A stretch of 64,000 nt of DNA from Candidatus Thiodiazotropha sp. (ex Epidulcina cf. delphinae) (GCA_025656505.1 JAHXHR010000003.1:1051-65050), one strand, 5' to 3'. Shown: positions 9,976 to 20,080, counted from the stretch's first letter. Numbers and translations: made by a program. Notes: generated from the letters alone by a model not told the origin.

Positions 9976-10899
9976 ATGCCAAGCACCCACCATCAGAAAT
10001 ACGCCATCATTTTTGCCGATATCGTCAACAGCACCCGGATGTATGAAAGTCTCGGGGACAGTCGCGCGAAGCAACTGATCACCGAACTGGAGAAGGAAAT
10101 ATCCCGTGTCGTAAAGGAGACAGGCGGCCATGTGGTGGAGGTGACCGGCGATGAAGTGATGGGCCGCTATGACAACCCCAACGCAGCGGTGGCAGGCGCA
10201 TGCCGAATCCAGGAACGTGTCGACGCCTACTCGGAAAAGTCCGGTATGCCCGTGTCGGCCAGGTTAGGGCTCCACTATGGGCCGACGATCATTGAAGACG
10301 GCAGGATGTACGGCGATTCAGTCAATGTAGCGGCGCGCATGGCATCCATTGCCCAGGCCCGACAGATTATCACCACCGAGCAGGTCGTGCAAAACCTCTC
10401 CGATGAGCACAGGAAATTGGTGCGGCGCTTCGACAAGGTAAAAATCAAAGGCAAGCAGCTACGGGTGGTTATCTACGACCTGTTGTGGCGCAAGGACATC
10501 ACCTTCATGCATACCTCACCGCTCACCCAAAACCAACTTGCCAAGACCCTGGTCCTTACCTATGCAGGCGAAATTCATTACATGCCTCCCACACAAGGCA
10601 GTATGCGCATCGGGCGTGACCCATGTAATGAGTTGGTGGTCTCCACCACCGCTGCCTCGAGAACACACGCCATCCTTGAATTCAGTCGTGGAAAGCACGT
10701 CCTTTCGGACATCAGCACCAATGGCACCTACGTGACCACCCAAAACCGGCAGTCGCTCTACTTACGCCGCGAAACCATCCCGCTGTTGGGTAGTGGTAAG
10801 ATAGGACTTGGCGAGCCGGTCTCAAATGATAACCGCCACATCATCAGTTATGATTTCCAAGAGAGCGACACGTTAGACGATAACGACCCTAGCGGATAA
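9976..10899 (+). CDS. class III adenylate/guanylate cyclase fused to an FHA domain
   Basis: Cyclase motifs YAIIFADIVNSTRMYE, GDEVMG, GDSVNVAARM. C-terminal FHA-like MRIGRDPCNELVVSTTAASRTHAILEF..HVLSDISTNGTYV. Confidence 0.8.
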   Translation: MPSTHHQKYAIIFADIVNSTRMYESLGDSRAKQLITELEKEISRVVKETGGHVVEVTGDEVMGRYDNPNAAVAGACRIQERVDAYSEKSGMPVSARLGLHYGPTIIEDGRMYGDSVNVAARMASIAQARQIITTEQVVQNLSDEHRKLVRRFDKVKIKGKQLRVVIYDLLWRKDITFMHTSPLTQNQLAKTLVLTYAGEIHYMPPTQGSMRIGRDPCNELVVSTTAASRTHAILEFSRGKHVLSDISTNGTYVTTQNRQSLYLRRETIPLLGSGKIGLGEPVSNDNRHIISYDFQESDTLDDNDPSG

Positions 10900-10975
10900 A
10901 TAAAACCCGTATCACTGAAACATCGTGAACGGCAGCAAAGACCGTTTCGGGCGCACTGCGTTTCCCAGCGCCCGT

Positions 10976-11394
10976 CTACGCCACCAGTCCGGGTGGACCG
11001 CCAGTGTCTCTTAACAGGGTCTCAATGATCGGGATCTGATGCTTGACCCTTTCAACACGCCTGCTTGCCTGCCGCACACCATCGGAAAAGTACATGGCCT
11101 CAGTCTCTTCCACGAATTCCCGTATTGCAGCATCCCGGTCACCTTCGCCTGCTCCAACGCCACCACCGAAATCAATCAGATAACCCACCTTTCTACCCGT
11201 AAAGGTCGTTTGAAACAAAAAATAAGCGTACCGTCGCTGACGGCAAAAGGGATGACACCTGCGCCCATCTCTACTTCTCCCACGAGATATTCTAATACTC
11301 TAATGTTAATGTTTTGCCCGGAATTCATGGGTTCGAGCTTAATCCATATTGCGGCCGTTTCCTCGGTCCGCGCTGAAACCAAATACGTCTTCAT
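10976..11394 (-). pseudogene. NUDIX hydrolase split by a frameshift at an A6 run
   Basis: ORFs 11176..11394 and 10976..11218 join as ...GAGVIPFAVSDGTLIF / FQTTFTGRKVGYLIDFGGGVGAGEGDRDAAIREFVEETEA (Nudix-box-like). The frames switch at 11217-11222. Confidence 0.6.
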
Positions 11395-11463
11395 GGTGCC
11401 AGGTAATTTTAGCGATGATATACTCCAGGCTCTTTTCTCATAACCTATTTACAGGAGAGGCAC

Positions 11464-11838
11464 ATGAACAGAGCCCTCATCAACACCATCGTCGGGCTTT
11501 TCCTCAGCCTTTTCGTCTTTTCACTGCAGGCTGATGAAGCCATCAGCACCAGCGTAGAGAATCTCTACAAAGAGAAGACCGCGCTGAACGGCAAGCTGGT
11601 AAAACTACAAGGGAAAGTCGTTAAAGTTAACAACGAGATCCTGAAGAGAAATTTCCTTCATCTGCAGGACGGAACGGGCAGCGCCGCCGACGGCACCGAT
11701 GACATTACGATCACCAGCCAGGAAACCGCCAATGTGGGCGACCAGGTAACCGTTACCGGCACCCTGGCCCTCGACCACGACTTCGGCGCCGGCTACAAAT
11801 ATCCAATGCTGGTGGAGAAGGCCGCTATCACGCACTGA
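11464..11838 (+). CDS. secreted hypothetical protein (124 aa)
   Basis: Signal-peptide-like MNRALINTIVGLFLSLFVFSLQA. No named family recognised. Confidence 0.6.
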   Translation: MNRALINTIVGLFLSLFVFSLQADEAISTSVENLYKEKTALNGKLVKLQGKVVKVNNEILKRNFLHLQDGTGSAADGTDDITITSQETANVGDQVTVTGTLALDHDFGAGYKYPMLVEKAAITH

Positions 11839-11903
11839 ATAAAGAACCACCGGGCGGCGGGAGCGCCGCATAGGACGGATCCAGGGATGGAATCCGACCC
11901 ATG

Positions 11904-12043
11904 CCTCAAAACCACAGATGGACGGGGTGAAGTGTGCGCTTGCGGGGGCGGGGCGTTGCAACGCAGCCATGCGCCGCCGCAAGCGGGCAATTCGCCCCGT
12001 AGCCTGGTTCACCCAACCGGCGAATAGGCAAAGTATGCAGCAT
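11904..12043. repeat. MITE-A internally deleted, degenerate copy
   Basis: CCTCAAAACCACAGATGGACGGGGTGAAGTGTGCGCTTGCGGGGG...GCCATGCGCCGCCGCAAGCG...ATTCGCCCCGTAGC...GAATAGGCAAA parallels 54273-54509 with the middle missing. Confidence 0.7.
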
Positions 12044-12053
12044 AGCCCCGGGG

Positions 12054-12599
12054 TCACCACATCAGATCGTCAGGCACCTTAAAGTCTGCATAGGGATCGT
12101 CTGTATCGTCAGTTCCTTCGGTTTTATTTTGTACGATAACGCAGGCGGCATCTCTCGAGCCTATCTTCTCGGCAACTCCCGCAGGGACGACCTCATATCG
12201 GTCATCCGGTTTGACGATCGCCAACCGACCGCTGCTTAGTTGCCGATGCAGCTTTTCCGTGACGAAGATCCGTTGGACCTTGCCGGCGTCACTGAAATGG
12301 TATGCGATCTCACCCCCCTCCAGGGATAGTTGATTCATCTCCACCAACTGCCTTATCTGGGCAGTAATCGCTTTGCGATTCGCCGCTTCCTGCTTGTTCC
12401 GGTTCAACTGCCTATCCCGTTCCGCATCCCTGCCCTTGGCCAGTCTGGCCAAGCGTGCGGCTTCATCCTCCGGCTTCTGTTTATGTTTAGCGTGGCGTTG
12501 CGCCTTCTCCTTACGTTGCTTGGCCTTTTTCGCTTTATGGACCTTTTTTTCGTCCACCAAGCCCGCCTTCAGCAGCTGATCGTGTAGTGAGTTAGCCAA
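12054..12599 (-). CDS. DUF2058/YaiL-like protein
   Basis: MANSLHDQLLKAGLVDEKK followed by a Lys/Arg-rich region. Resembles E. coli YaiL from memory. Confidence 0.65.
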   Translation of the reverse strand: MANSLHDQLLKAGLVDEKKVHKAKKAKQRKEKAQRHAKHKQKPEDEAARLARLAKGRDAERDRQLNRNKQEAANRKAITAQIRQLVEMNQLSLEGGEIAYHFSDAGKVQRIFVTEKLHRQLSSGRLAIVKPDDRYEVVPAGVAEKIGSRDAACVIVQNKTEGTDDTDDPYADFKVPDDLMW

Positions 12600-12663
12600 A
12601 TGATGCTCCTATCCGTTTGTGAATGAGTAAGGCTGGTATGCCTCATCATAGATTCTGTAACAT

Positions 12664-13638
12664 TTAGCGCTCAAGCAGTTGCTCCAGGGCAGGGCGCATA
12701 CGTTCGACTTCCCGGCGACCCTCGGCAATCGCCATATCCGCTTCATCGAACTCCATCAGTCCCAGCTTTGACAAGCGCGGCGCAAGGATCACGTCCGGCG
12801 GATCCCCGGCCATGCGGCTACGGGTAATGCGATCCTGCATAATGTTGATGGAACTGGCCAGAACGTCGTAAAGCCCTGGAATATCCCGGTTCAGGCCGAA
12901 CAAGCGTGACATCAGATCCTTTTTTCGTGCATTCAGGGTGCTCTTCATCTGCCCGGCGATGCGGCTCCAGAGATCCCCCTCCCCGGCCTGTCCCGGTTTG
13001 TCGTCCGAGGTATCGTCACGGCGGAGATGTTTGCCGAGTATGTCGCCATTGAGATTAACCGCAATCACCAGATCCGCCCCCATGGCGCGACAGAGGGAGA
13101 CAGGGACGGGGTTGGCGAGACCGCCGTCCACCAGCCAACGCCCTTCGTGATGCAGGGGGGTGAAGAGTCCGGGCAGACTGATTGAAGCCCTCACCGCCTC
13201 CATGACCGGCCCCTGCCGAAACCAGATCTCCCGCCCACTCTCCAAATCAGTAGCCACCACGCCGAGCTGTCGCTTCAGACCTTCGAACGCCAGCTCCTCT
13301 ACATAGCTATTCACGAAACCGGTCAATTTCTCTCCCTGGATCAAGCCGCCTCCCAGCAGACTCGGATCAAGAAACTTAATGATCTCTTTCCAGGTGAGGG
13401 AACGGGTCCAAGCCTCCAGCGAATCCAGCTTATCGGCTGTATAGGCAGCCCCCACGAGAGCGCCGATGGAACTCCCGCTGACAATGTCCGGTTCTATACC
13501 CATCTCGGACAGGCCTTGAATAATACCGATGTGTGACCAACCCCGCGCCGCGCCGCTGCCGAGAGCGAGCCCGATCTTCACCTGAGACTGTTTACTATCC
13601 TGCATGCCGATTTTATCCGTTTCACTTACTGCAGACAC
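12664..13638 (-). CDS. patatin-like phospholipase (RssA-type)
   Basis: GLALGSGAARG oxyanion motif, GSSIGALVGA (G-x-S-x-G), and VDGGLANPVP catalytic Asp context. Confidence 0.85.
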   Translation of the reverse strand: MSAVSETDKIGMQDSKQSQVKIGLALGSGAARGWSHIGIIQGLSEMGIEPDIVSGSSIGALVGAAYTADKLDSLEAWTRSLTWKEIIKFLDPSLLGGGLIQGEKLTGFVNSYVEELAFEGLKRQLGVVATDLESGREIWFRQGPVMEAVRASISLPGLFTPLHHEGRWLVDGGLANPVPVSLCRAMGADLVIAVNLNGDILGKHLRRDDTSDDKPGQAGEGDLWSRIAGQMKSTLNARKKDLMSRLFGLNRDIPGLYDVLASSINIMQDRITRSRMAGDPPDVILAPRLSKLGLMEFDEADMAIAEGRREVERMRPALEQLLER

Positions 13639-13657
13639 ATCGATCCATCACCATAAT

Positions 13658-13740
13658 CCTAAAAACCGCAGTTGACCGCTCCATTCTGATACTAACCTAC
13701 TGATAGACAAACCAGTAACTTCGATTAGGACCCGGATGAA
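13658..13740. repeat. MITE-A right-end fragment
   Basis: CCTAAAAACCGCAGTTGACCGCTCCATTCTGATACTAACCTACTGATAGACAAACC... matches the reverse complement of the right ends of the full copies. Confidence 0.75.
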
Positions 13741-14321
13741 TCGGGAAACGGGCCACGCATCAATAGAGTATACACAATCACTAGCGGCAATCATGTGACT
13801 AAAAAAATGGGACCGAATAGGCATTTCGAGAATAAAGTGGCGACAGCAGCCCATTATTGGGAAAATATTCCCTATTATAAAGGTCTGACAGGGTAAATAT
13901 CATCAGGTTTCTGCCGATTAAGTTATTGAGTCATAAAGGTTGTTGCCCGAGTTTCGACAGCCGTCTTAGTCTCAAGCGTACGAAGCGAGCCTGATGCTGC
14001 AAACGGACTTTCGCTCTAGGTTTGTTAACTTATACGGTAAGCCAGTTAACTGCCTTCAATATTTGCTTGTAATAGACTAATAAAACACTGGTTTTTATAT
14101 ACACGATCCATTGAGTTTACTACCATGACCGGTTCAGACACCTCCCCCATCTGCAGCGAATGCCCCCATCAGATCGTCAGCGGCATCGCCTGTGACTGGC
14201 AACCCCATGAATGCCCGATCCAAGTAGAAAAAAAGCGGCGCCTGAAAGCTGCCAAGGCTAAGGCATTCTTTTTGACCAATCGGCTCATCGCGGATGACTC
14301 CGACGCTGTACGTAGCAGTAA

Positions 14322-14488
14322 CTAGGGGGCGTTCTCAATTACCTGAGTGAGCGTGATTCTGAGTCATTTTTCGTGCCGGCAAGGCGCGATGAGGCGCAAT
14401 AGTCATTCTATTGCAACGAATCGCAACGCCGCCGGCGCGGAAAAGGGCCGGAATCACGCCGCGAACGATGATTGAGAACACCCCCTAG
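14322..14488. mobile_element. MITE-C copy 2 (inverted relative to copy 1)
   Basis: 167 bp with the same TIRs. The left CTAG contains the stop of small ORF 14125..14325. The right CTAG is shared with palindrome 14485-14506. Confidence 0.9.
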
Positions 14489-14506
14489 TGTAGCGTCCTA
14501 CACTAG
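14485..14506. repeat. 22-bp palindrome CTAGTGTAG-N4-CTACACTAG (PAL-F copy 1)
   Basis: Perfect 9-bp arms. Contains the tamB TAG stop (14503-14505). A second copy lies at 30988-31009. Confidence 0.85.
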
Positions 14507-17500
14507 CGCTCGAAGGTATAGAAGAAATCCCCCGCTTGGGTGCGTCCGGTTTCCGCTTCAAGTTGCCAGCGATCCGTCAGATCGTAGCGCATGCGTATCT
14601 TGGTCTCACTGGTGGACAGTTCGTTGACGTACTGCACATAGAGCCTGGGCGACAGGTAGGTGCCGGCCACCAAAGACGCCTCCTCCAGAGAGCTGCCGGT
14701 ATCTACCCGCAACTCCTCCAAGCCCAATTGCCGCCCAAGCGCTGAAGCCACGTTACTCGCCCCACTCGCCTGCAAGGCGGCGAGCATACCCACCGTCTTT
14801 CCTGAGGATTCACCCGCCGGACGGCCGGTGATCAGGTAGGAGAGGACATCGGTCTCCGACATGGAGGGCGATGAAAAGAGTTTGAGTTTCGGCTTTTTCA
14901 TCGTCCCGGTTACGCGTATCCCTGCGGTCACCGCTTCGATCTCCCGCACGGCGCGCACATCGAGGCCCGGATTATCGACCGGGGAATCGGCAAACAGGGC
15001 GAATCCCCGCTCGATTTTTAAATCTTGCCCATAGGCCTGGTAGACACCCTCGTCGATACCCAAACGCCCTCTGCCGATAACCGGTCGACCCGGTTCATCG
15101 ATGACTAGCAGACTACCGGTAAATTTACCCCGCAAACCAAAACCGTCGAAACTGACCCGCTTACCGAGACTGAGACGGATTTTCGCATGCAGTGGGGGGT
15201 CCTGCGGTGCTTCCTTTGCATCCTCAGCTCCCACCACAACCAGGTCGGAACTGCCGGACACCGCCGATTCCGGTAGTTCTCGTGGACGTATCCGCGCATA
15301 GGGCAGGTGAATTTCACCCTTCAATTCACTGCGCTGGGCATTGTGCGCAAAGATGAGGTTGGGTGAGAGATGCACTTCAGCTTCCGGCACATTCACCGCG
15401 ACCCACTCCCTGCCCTCGATCTTGAATTGCGAGGGAAAACCTTTCGAGGCATCCAAGCGAGTGGTTCCCTGCAGCGAAAGCTTGCCCTTGCCGGAGCGCA
15501 CACTACCCACCAGGGACAGGGTATCCAGGTCCAGCACTTGCATACGCAACTCGAGTTCACGCAGCTCAATGCCAAGCACCGGGATGTCGACTGCGCCTTG
15601 CTCTATCTTCGCATCACCGCTCACACGCGGCGCTGCCAGGCTCCCCCCCAGGTTGAAATCGGCCAGCAATTCTCCTCGACTGTTTCGCAACTGCGGCGAG
15701 ATCGCCGAAAGCAGGGCCAGATCGTCAATTCCCCCTTTAATCCAGCCTTTCAATCGCTGTTTTTCGATATCCGGATTGGCTGGATTCAACCTTGGCAGGT
15801 CCAACTCCGCATCAAAGCCACCCAACCCCCGGAGTGGCAGGTTCAGGCTTGCCTGGGCGCCATCCCGGGCAATGACCGCTTTTGCCACACCCCCCGAAAA
15901 GTCCACCTGCTCCTGCCCGCCGCCCAACGCGAAGCTAAGCCCGCCTTGTGGGATCTGCAGTTCAGCCTTACCCTCCATCCGCCCGTTTGCATCCGCAGAA
16001 AGATCAGCCAGTATGACTGCCTTGCCTGTGATCAAGGTCTCTGCCGGTAACCACTGCTGCAGTAGCGCGAGAGAGAAGTCGCTGACCCGCAGGTTCGATT
16101 TCCATCCGCCTTCGGATCTACCGGTGAAGCTGCCGCAAACCCTTGCTTCCCCAGAAGTCAGACAGAAGGGCTCCAGTGACTGATCACTGGGTCCGAAGCG
16201 ATAGTTTACGACTGATTCAAGTTGCCAATCACCCACTTCAGCGGTCAGCAACCGCAGTCGTTGCAGCCGACCATGCCACACCCCATTCTCGCTGAGACCC
16301 GACTCGCCAACCAGGGAGAGTTGTGGCGCCTGCTCCCCTACCAGGTCGAGGGCCAGTTGATGTTGCGGGAGACTCCCTTTGATAGCGACATTGAGGGACT
16401 GCCACTGCTTTCCGGCCCCACTCAAGCCGTCGGAGTTGAGGGACAACCGTAGCGGCTGCTCACCGGCCGAATCGAACTCAATCTCTCCATCAAGTTGTTC
16501 AATTCGGTAGTCCTGGTATGCCAGCTCGCCGGCCTTGATCTTTGCCTCGATATTGGGTTGTTCAGTCGTACCACCCAACTTCCCATCCGCTTGCAGCAGG
16601 CCCGACAGTCCAGGCCGGAGAGAAGCCAGCTCAGGCGCATCCACCGACCAATCCAGGGCGAGGCGGTCTCCCAAGCTGCCGTTTATCTGAATATGGTTCT
16701 TCCCTGTGACCACCTCCAACTGATGCACATTCAGCTCGCCACTACGGAGATTCAACAGCCCTTTAGCCTCTAGCGGGTAGTCTCTCAACGAGCCGGATAA
16801 CTTCTCCAGTCGTACTTCGGCAGTAGGCACTCCCTGCACAACCTCGCCATGGGTAGAGAGGCTGAATGCCAGAGCGCCCGGAAAGTCCCGCTGCAGTAAT
16901 GCAGGATTAACCCCGTCGCCCGACAGCGCCATTCGCCAAGCGGGACTCGGCAACCAGGCAACCTCCCCACTGCCCTCTATCCTGCCCTCCTGCAAAGCGA
17001 TCAGCAGTGTTTCAAAGTTGACCCCCTCAAGATTCCCTGCACCGGAGGCATCGACCTGAATCGACCCCACCTCGGGTCTGGAAGCCTGCATGGCCAACCG
17101 ATAGCGATACCCCTCGAGACTCCCCTGCAGGTCAAGCGCCCCTTGATCGCTGGTGACGTCCACCGTCTCCCCAATCAGCGGCCAACGCACCCCCTCCCAC
17201 TGCATGTCGACGGACAACTCACCGCCTTGCAGATGGTAGTCTCCCCTACCCTGAAGGTTGAGCCCATCCGTATTGCTTAGCCGCAGTTCCCTGACCTTGA
17301 CGGCACCCTGTTCGTAACTTGCCTGCAACACTGTCCGCAGCTCACCGAGACTCGGCTCTTCCAGCAGCAGTGTGCTATCCAGATTTACCGATTCGAAATC
17401 GCCTTCAGCGCTCAACCGACCACCAAGCAACGCGGGGAAATCTTTGGCAAACTCAGCCACGACGCCCTTTTCCAACACCAGCGTTGCCTCCCAGTCCGGT

Positions 17501-18267
17501 GATCCCAGCACCTCGGAAAGACGGGCCTGCAGTACACCCGATAGGGGTAGCGCTAACTGCTGATGCAGTGTCATCTGCTGCAGATCTCCACTCAGTTCAC
17601 CCTCTCCTGACAAGCTAGGGCCATCCTTAAGCTGGTAACGCCAGGAGAGATTTAGCGCCATCGAAAGCGTCTTATCGAGGCCCACAGAGCCATTCAGCAC
17701 CAGGTTGGCCGAAAACGCCTCGGCAACCAACGCTGAGATCGTCAGGCGATCTCCCTGGGTGGCGGCAGTCAACAGCAGACGGTCAATCTTCAACGGTTCT
17801 GCATCCGCTGCCTGAACAATCTCGAAATCTTCAGAGGAAAAGCGATCCACTGTCAGGGCCAGAGGTAGTGTCACTCCCTGGAATGGCTCAGCCGGAACCT
17901 CGTTAGGCGCTTGCCCGGACTCCGGCAGATGAAGGCGGGTTGTCTGCAGCGCCAGTTCCAGAACCGTCAATCTCAAGCTCAACAATTGAAGCGGCCGCCA
18001 GTCCAGATAGAGACGTTCAATCTCTAATGTCAGACCATCCGCCTGACGGTAGCTGAGCCCGGTTAACTCCAACGGCCCAACCAAACGTCCCTGCAATATG
18101 TCGACCTGTAGTTCTCCGGGCGCCACTTTCCGGGCCAAGTGGAAAAGACGGCGGGTACCGTCATGGGTCGATGAGAAATAGAACAGTGTCGAGCCCGCTA
18201 TCAACAGGAACAGCATCAATACCATCACAATGTAAGTTGCGACTCGTTTGATACCCCCCCTATTCAC
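14503..18267 (-). CDS. tamB: translocation and assembly module inner-membrane subunit TamB
   Basis: 1254 aa. N-terminal TM anchor, long repetitive beta-rich body, and a DUF490-like C-terminus ...RLYVQYVNELSTSETKIRMRYDLTDRWQLEAE. GTGA overlap with tamA. Confidence 0.9.
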   Translation of the reverse strand: MNRGGIKRVATYIVMVLMLFLLIAGSTLFYFSSTHDGTRRLFHLARKVAPGELQVDILQGRLVGPLELTGLSYRQADGLTLEIERLYLDWRPLQLLSLRLTVLELALQTTRLHLPESGQAPNEVPAEPFQGVTLPLALTVDRFSSEDFEIVQAADAEPLKIDRLLLTAATQGDRLTISALVAEAFSANLVLNGSVGLDKTLSMALNLSWRYQLKDGPSLSGEGELSGDLQQMTLHQQLALPLSGVLQARLSEVLGSPDWEATLVLEKGVVAEFAKDFPALLGGRLSAEGDFESVNLDSTLLLEEPSLGELRTVLQASYEQGAVKVRELRLSNTDGLNLQGRGDYHLQGGELSVDMQWEGVRWPLIGETVDVTSDQGALDLQGSLEGYRYRLAMQASRPEVGSIQVDASGAGNLEGVNFETLLIALQEGRIEGSGEVAWLPSPAWRMALSGDGVNPALLQRDFPGALAFSLSTHGEVVQGVPTAEVRLEKLSGSLRDYPLEAKGLLNLRSGELNVHQLEVVTGKNHIQINGSLGDRLALDWSVDAPELASLRPGLSGLLQADGKLGGTTEQPNIEAKIKAGELAYQDYRIEQLDGEIEFDSAGEQPLRLSLNSDGLSGAGKQWQSLNVAIKGSLPQHQLALDLVGEQAPQLSLVGESGLSENGVWHGRLQRLRLLTAEVGDWQLESVVNYRFGPSDQSLEPFCLTSGEARVCGSFTGRSEGGWKSNLRVSDFSLALLQQWLPAETLITGKAVILADLSADANGRMEGKAELQIPQGGLSFALGGGQEQVDFSGGVAKAVIARDGAQASLNLPLRGLGGFDAELDLPRLNPANPDIEKQRLKGWIKGGIDDLALLSAISPQLRNSRGELLADFNLGGSLAAPRVSGDAKIEQGAVDIPVLGIELRELELRMQVLDLDTLSLVGSVRSGKGKLSLQGTTRLDASKGFPSQFKIEGREWVAVNVPEAEVHLSPNLIFAHNAQRSELKGEIHLPYARIRPRELPESAVSGSSDLVVVGAEDAKEAPQDPPLHAKIRLSLGKRVSFDGFGLRGKFTGSLLVIDEPGRPVIGRGRLGIDEGVYQAYGQDLKIERGFALFADSPVDNPGLDVRAVREIEAVTAGIRVTGTMKKPKLKLFSSPSMSETDVLSYLITGRPAGESSGKTVGMLAALQASGASNVASALGRQLGLEELRVDTGSSLEEASLVAGTYLSPRLYVQYVNELSTSETKIRMRYDLTDRWQLEAETGRTQAGDFFYTFER

Positions 18268-19988
18268 AGCTCCGGTCCCACCACGATATGCAGACGCAAC
18301 CGGCGTTCATCGCCATCCGAACCAGAGGCGATATCAAATCGTACCGGGCCGACCGGCGACCGCCAGCGCACGCCGAAACCGACACCATAAGCCGTCTCGG
18401 CATCATAATCCGGGTCAAAGGCGTTACCCGCATCGACGAACAAGGCTCCGCTCCACTTGCCGCTGATATGGCGATCCAGCTCCAGACTGCCGACCGCGAG
18501 ATAACGCCCCCCAATCACCTCATCGTTCTCATCTTTCGGCCCCAGGCCCTGATAGCCGAAACCACGCACCGTATTGTCGCCACCGGCAAAGAAACGTTTG
18601 CTGGGTGGCAGTCCCTTCAGATCATCGGCCCGGATTGTACCCAGTTCCAGGCGACTCAGCAGACGCCAGTCACCTTCCCCAAAACCGTGAATGAACTTGC
18701 CGTTGGCATAGAGTTGAAGATAACGGGTGCTCGAAAGCAGGGACTCTGCCGCCCCTTCGATGCGAAACTCCAGCCGTTTGCCACGCCGGATGATCTCTTT
18801 ACCGTCGCTTTTTATACGCAACCAACCCACGCTCGGGACCAGTAAATGTGAACTATCCTCCTGATCGCTCACTTTGAAATCTTCATAGCTGTATTCGAGC
18901 CCCAGACTGCGCCGCCAACCCCGTTCCAGACTCACCGAATGGGTGGCGCTGAGCAGGGCACGGTTGCCTTGATTGGTATCTGAATTGAAATGCTCCAAAG
19001 AGGCCCCGAAACTGACATAGTCCACGGTCGAGCGCTCCAATGGAATGACATATTCACTGCTTAAACTGCTGAGGGGTTGTGAAATCTGCAACTCGCTGCG
19101 CATACGATGCCCGTTGCGACCTCTGCGGCGGTTTTTCCAATCCAGGGTAAGCCGTGGCCCCGTATCAGTCGAATAGCCCAAGCCGATACGATAGCGATTG
19201 CGTTTATTCGGTTTCAGATTCACATCGACCGGCACTCGATTCCCCTCTCTCTCATCTCGCCGGGTAACCACTTCCACCTGTTTAAAGTACTCACTGTCGA
19301 TCAGGTCACCCTGCAAGGTCAGCAGCCCCTCCTGACTGAACGGGTCACCCGCATTGAAACTGACATAGCGCGCAAGAAATTCCGCGTTCATCACATCCTG
19401 ATTGATCCTGACTTCACCGAATCGCAATCGCATACCGGTATCCAGATGCAGGGAAATAGTCGCGGTATCGCGTCGCAAATCCACTTCGAGTTGATGCCGG
19501 GTGTAGCGGGCATCCAAGTAACCACGTTCAATAGTATTGGCCAGCCGTGTCTGCTTTGCCTGTTCATAGAGCGTCTGATCCAGTACCTCGCCAGGCGCCA
19601 TGGGAAAGACGCTTTCGACCTGCGGATCATCGGCCCCTTCGCCTAGTATTTGAAAATCGACCTCTACCAACTTAATCGGGGGGCCGGGTTGAACATTGTA
19701 GGCCAGCTTGAAACCTTGCTCGGTCTTTTGCATTGAAGCGGTTATGGTCGGTTTGAAATAGCCGAAAGGCCTGAGTGCAGCCTGGATCTCTGCCTCTGCC
19801 CTGTCGTGCAGCAGCCGCAATCGCGCTTCATTCAAGGCGTCACGCTTTTTCTCCCGTTCCACAGAGAGATAAGCCAGTACATTATCCTTCAGCCGGGCCT
19901 CCAGCCCATCTACGTTGACTATTACATCCAACCCATGGACAGAAAACGGGATCAGCACCCAGAATGGAATATAAATAAGATGCCGCAT
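18264..19988 (-). CDS. tamA: translocation and assembly module outer-membrane subunit TamA (Omp85 family)
   Basis: POTRA-like repeats plus a beta-barrel. Start chosen at ATG 19988: signal peptide MRHLIYIPFWVLIPFSVHG then LDVIVNVDGL, compare E. coli TamA. The ORF stays open upstream to 20084. Confidence 0.85.
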   Translation of the reverse strand: MRHLIYIPFWVLIPFSVHGLDVIVNVDGLEARLKDNVLAYLSVEREKKRDALNEARLRLLHDRAEAEIQAALRPFGYFKPTITASMQKTEQGFKLAYNVQPGPPIKLVEVDFQILGEGADDPQVESVFPMAPGEVLDQTLYEQAKQTRLANTIERGYLDARYTRHQLEVDLRRDTATISLHLDTGMRLRFGEVRINQDVMNAEFLARYVSFNAGDPFSQEGLLTLQGDLIDSEYFKQVEVVTRRDEREGNRVPVDVNLKPNKRNRYRIGLGYSTDTGPRLTLDWKNRRRGRNGHRMRSELQISQPLSSLSSEYVIPLERSTVDYVSFGASLEHFNSDTNQGNRALLSATHSVSLERGWRRSLGLEYSYEDFKVSDQEDSSHLLVPSVGWLRIKSDGKEIIRRGKRLEFRIEGAAESLLSSTRYLQLYANGKFIHGFGEGDWRLLSRLELGTIRADDLKGLPPSKRFFAGGDNTVRGFGYQGLGPKDENDEVIGGRYLAVGSLELDRHISGKWSGALFVDAGNAFDPDYDAETAYGVGFGVRWRSPVGPVRFDIASGSDGDERRLRLHIVVGPEL

Positions 19989-20080
19989 AAAACCGCTGAT
20001 AGCGTGCCTCTTATCAACCGACAGGCGTTCCATCCCCAACACCCCGGATAGTAACAGGGCATACGAAATAACACGGTACA

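Noticed and set aside
11320-11345. GGTTCGAGC T-loop-like string, and GGTTCAAGCCC in MITE-B, checked as tRNA candidates
   Set aside because: No acceptor, D or anticodon stems can be drawn around them. The first lies inside the NUDIX coding region.
14125-14325. 66-aa Cys-rich ORF (SPICSECPH...CDW..HEC)
   Set aside because: It has no SD, its stop is supplied by the MITE-C terminal CTAG, and there is no family recognition. Possibly real, but unsupported.
15341-16183. 280-aa and 226-aa plus-strand ORFs inside tamB
   Set aside because: Antisense to the continuous 1254-aa TamB frame. Ser/Pro/Arg-rich composition is typical of GC-rich antisense frames.
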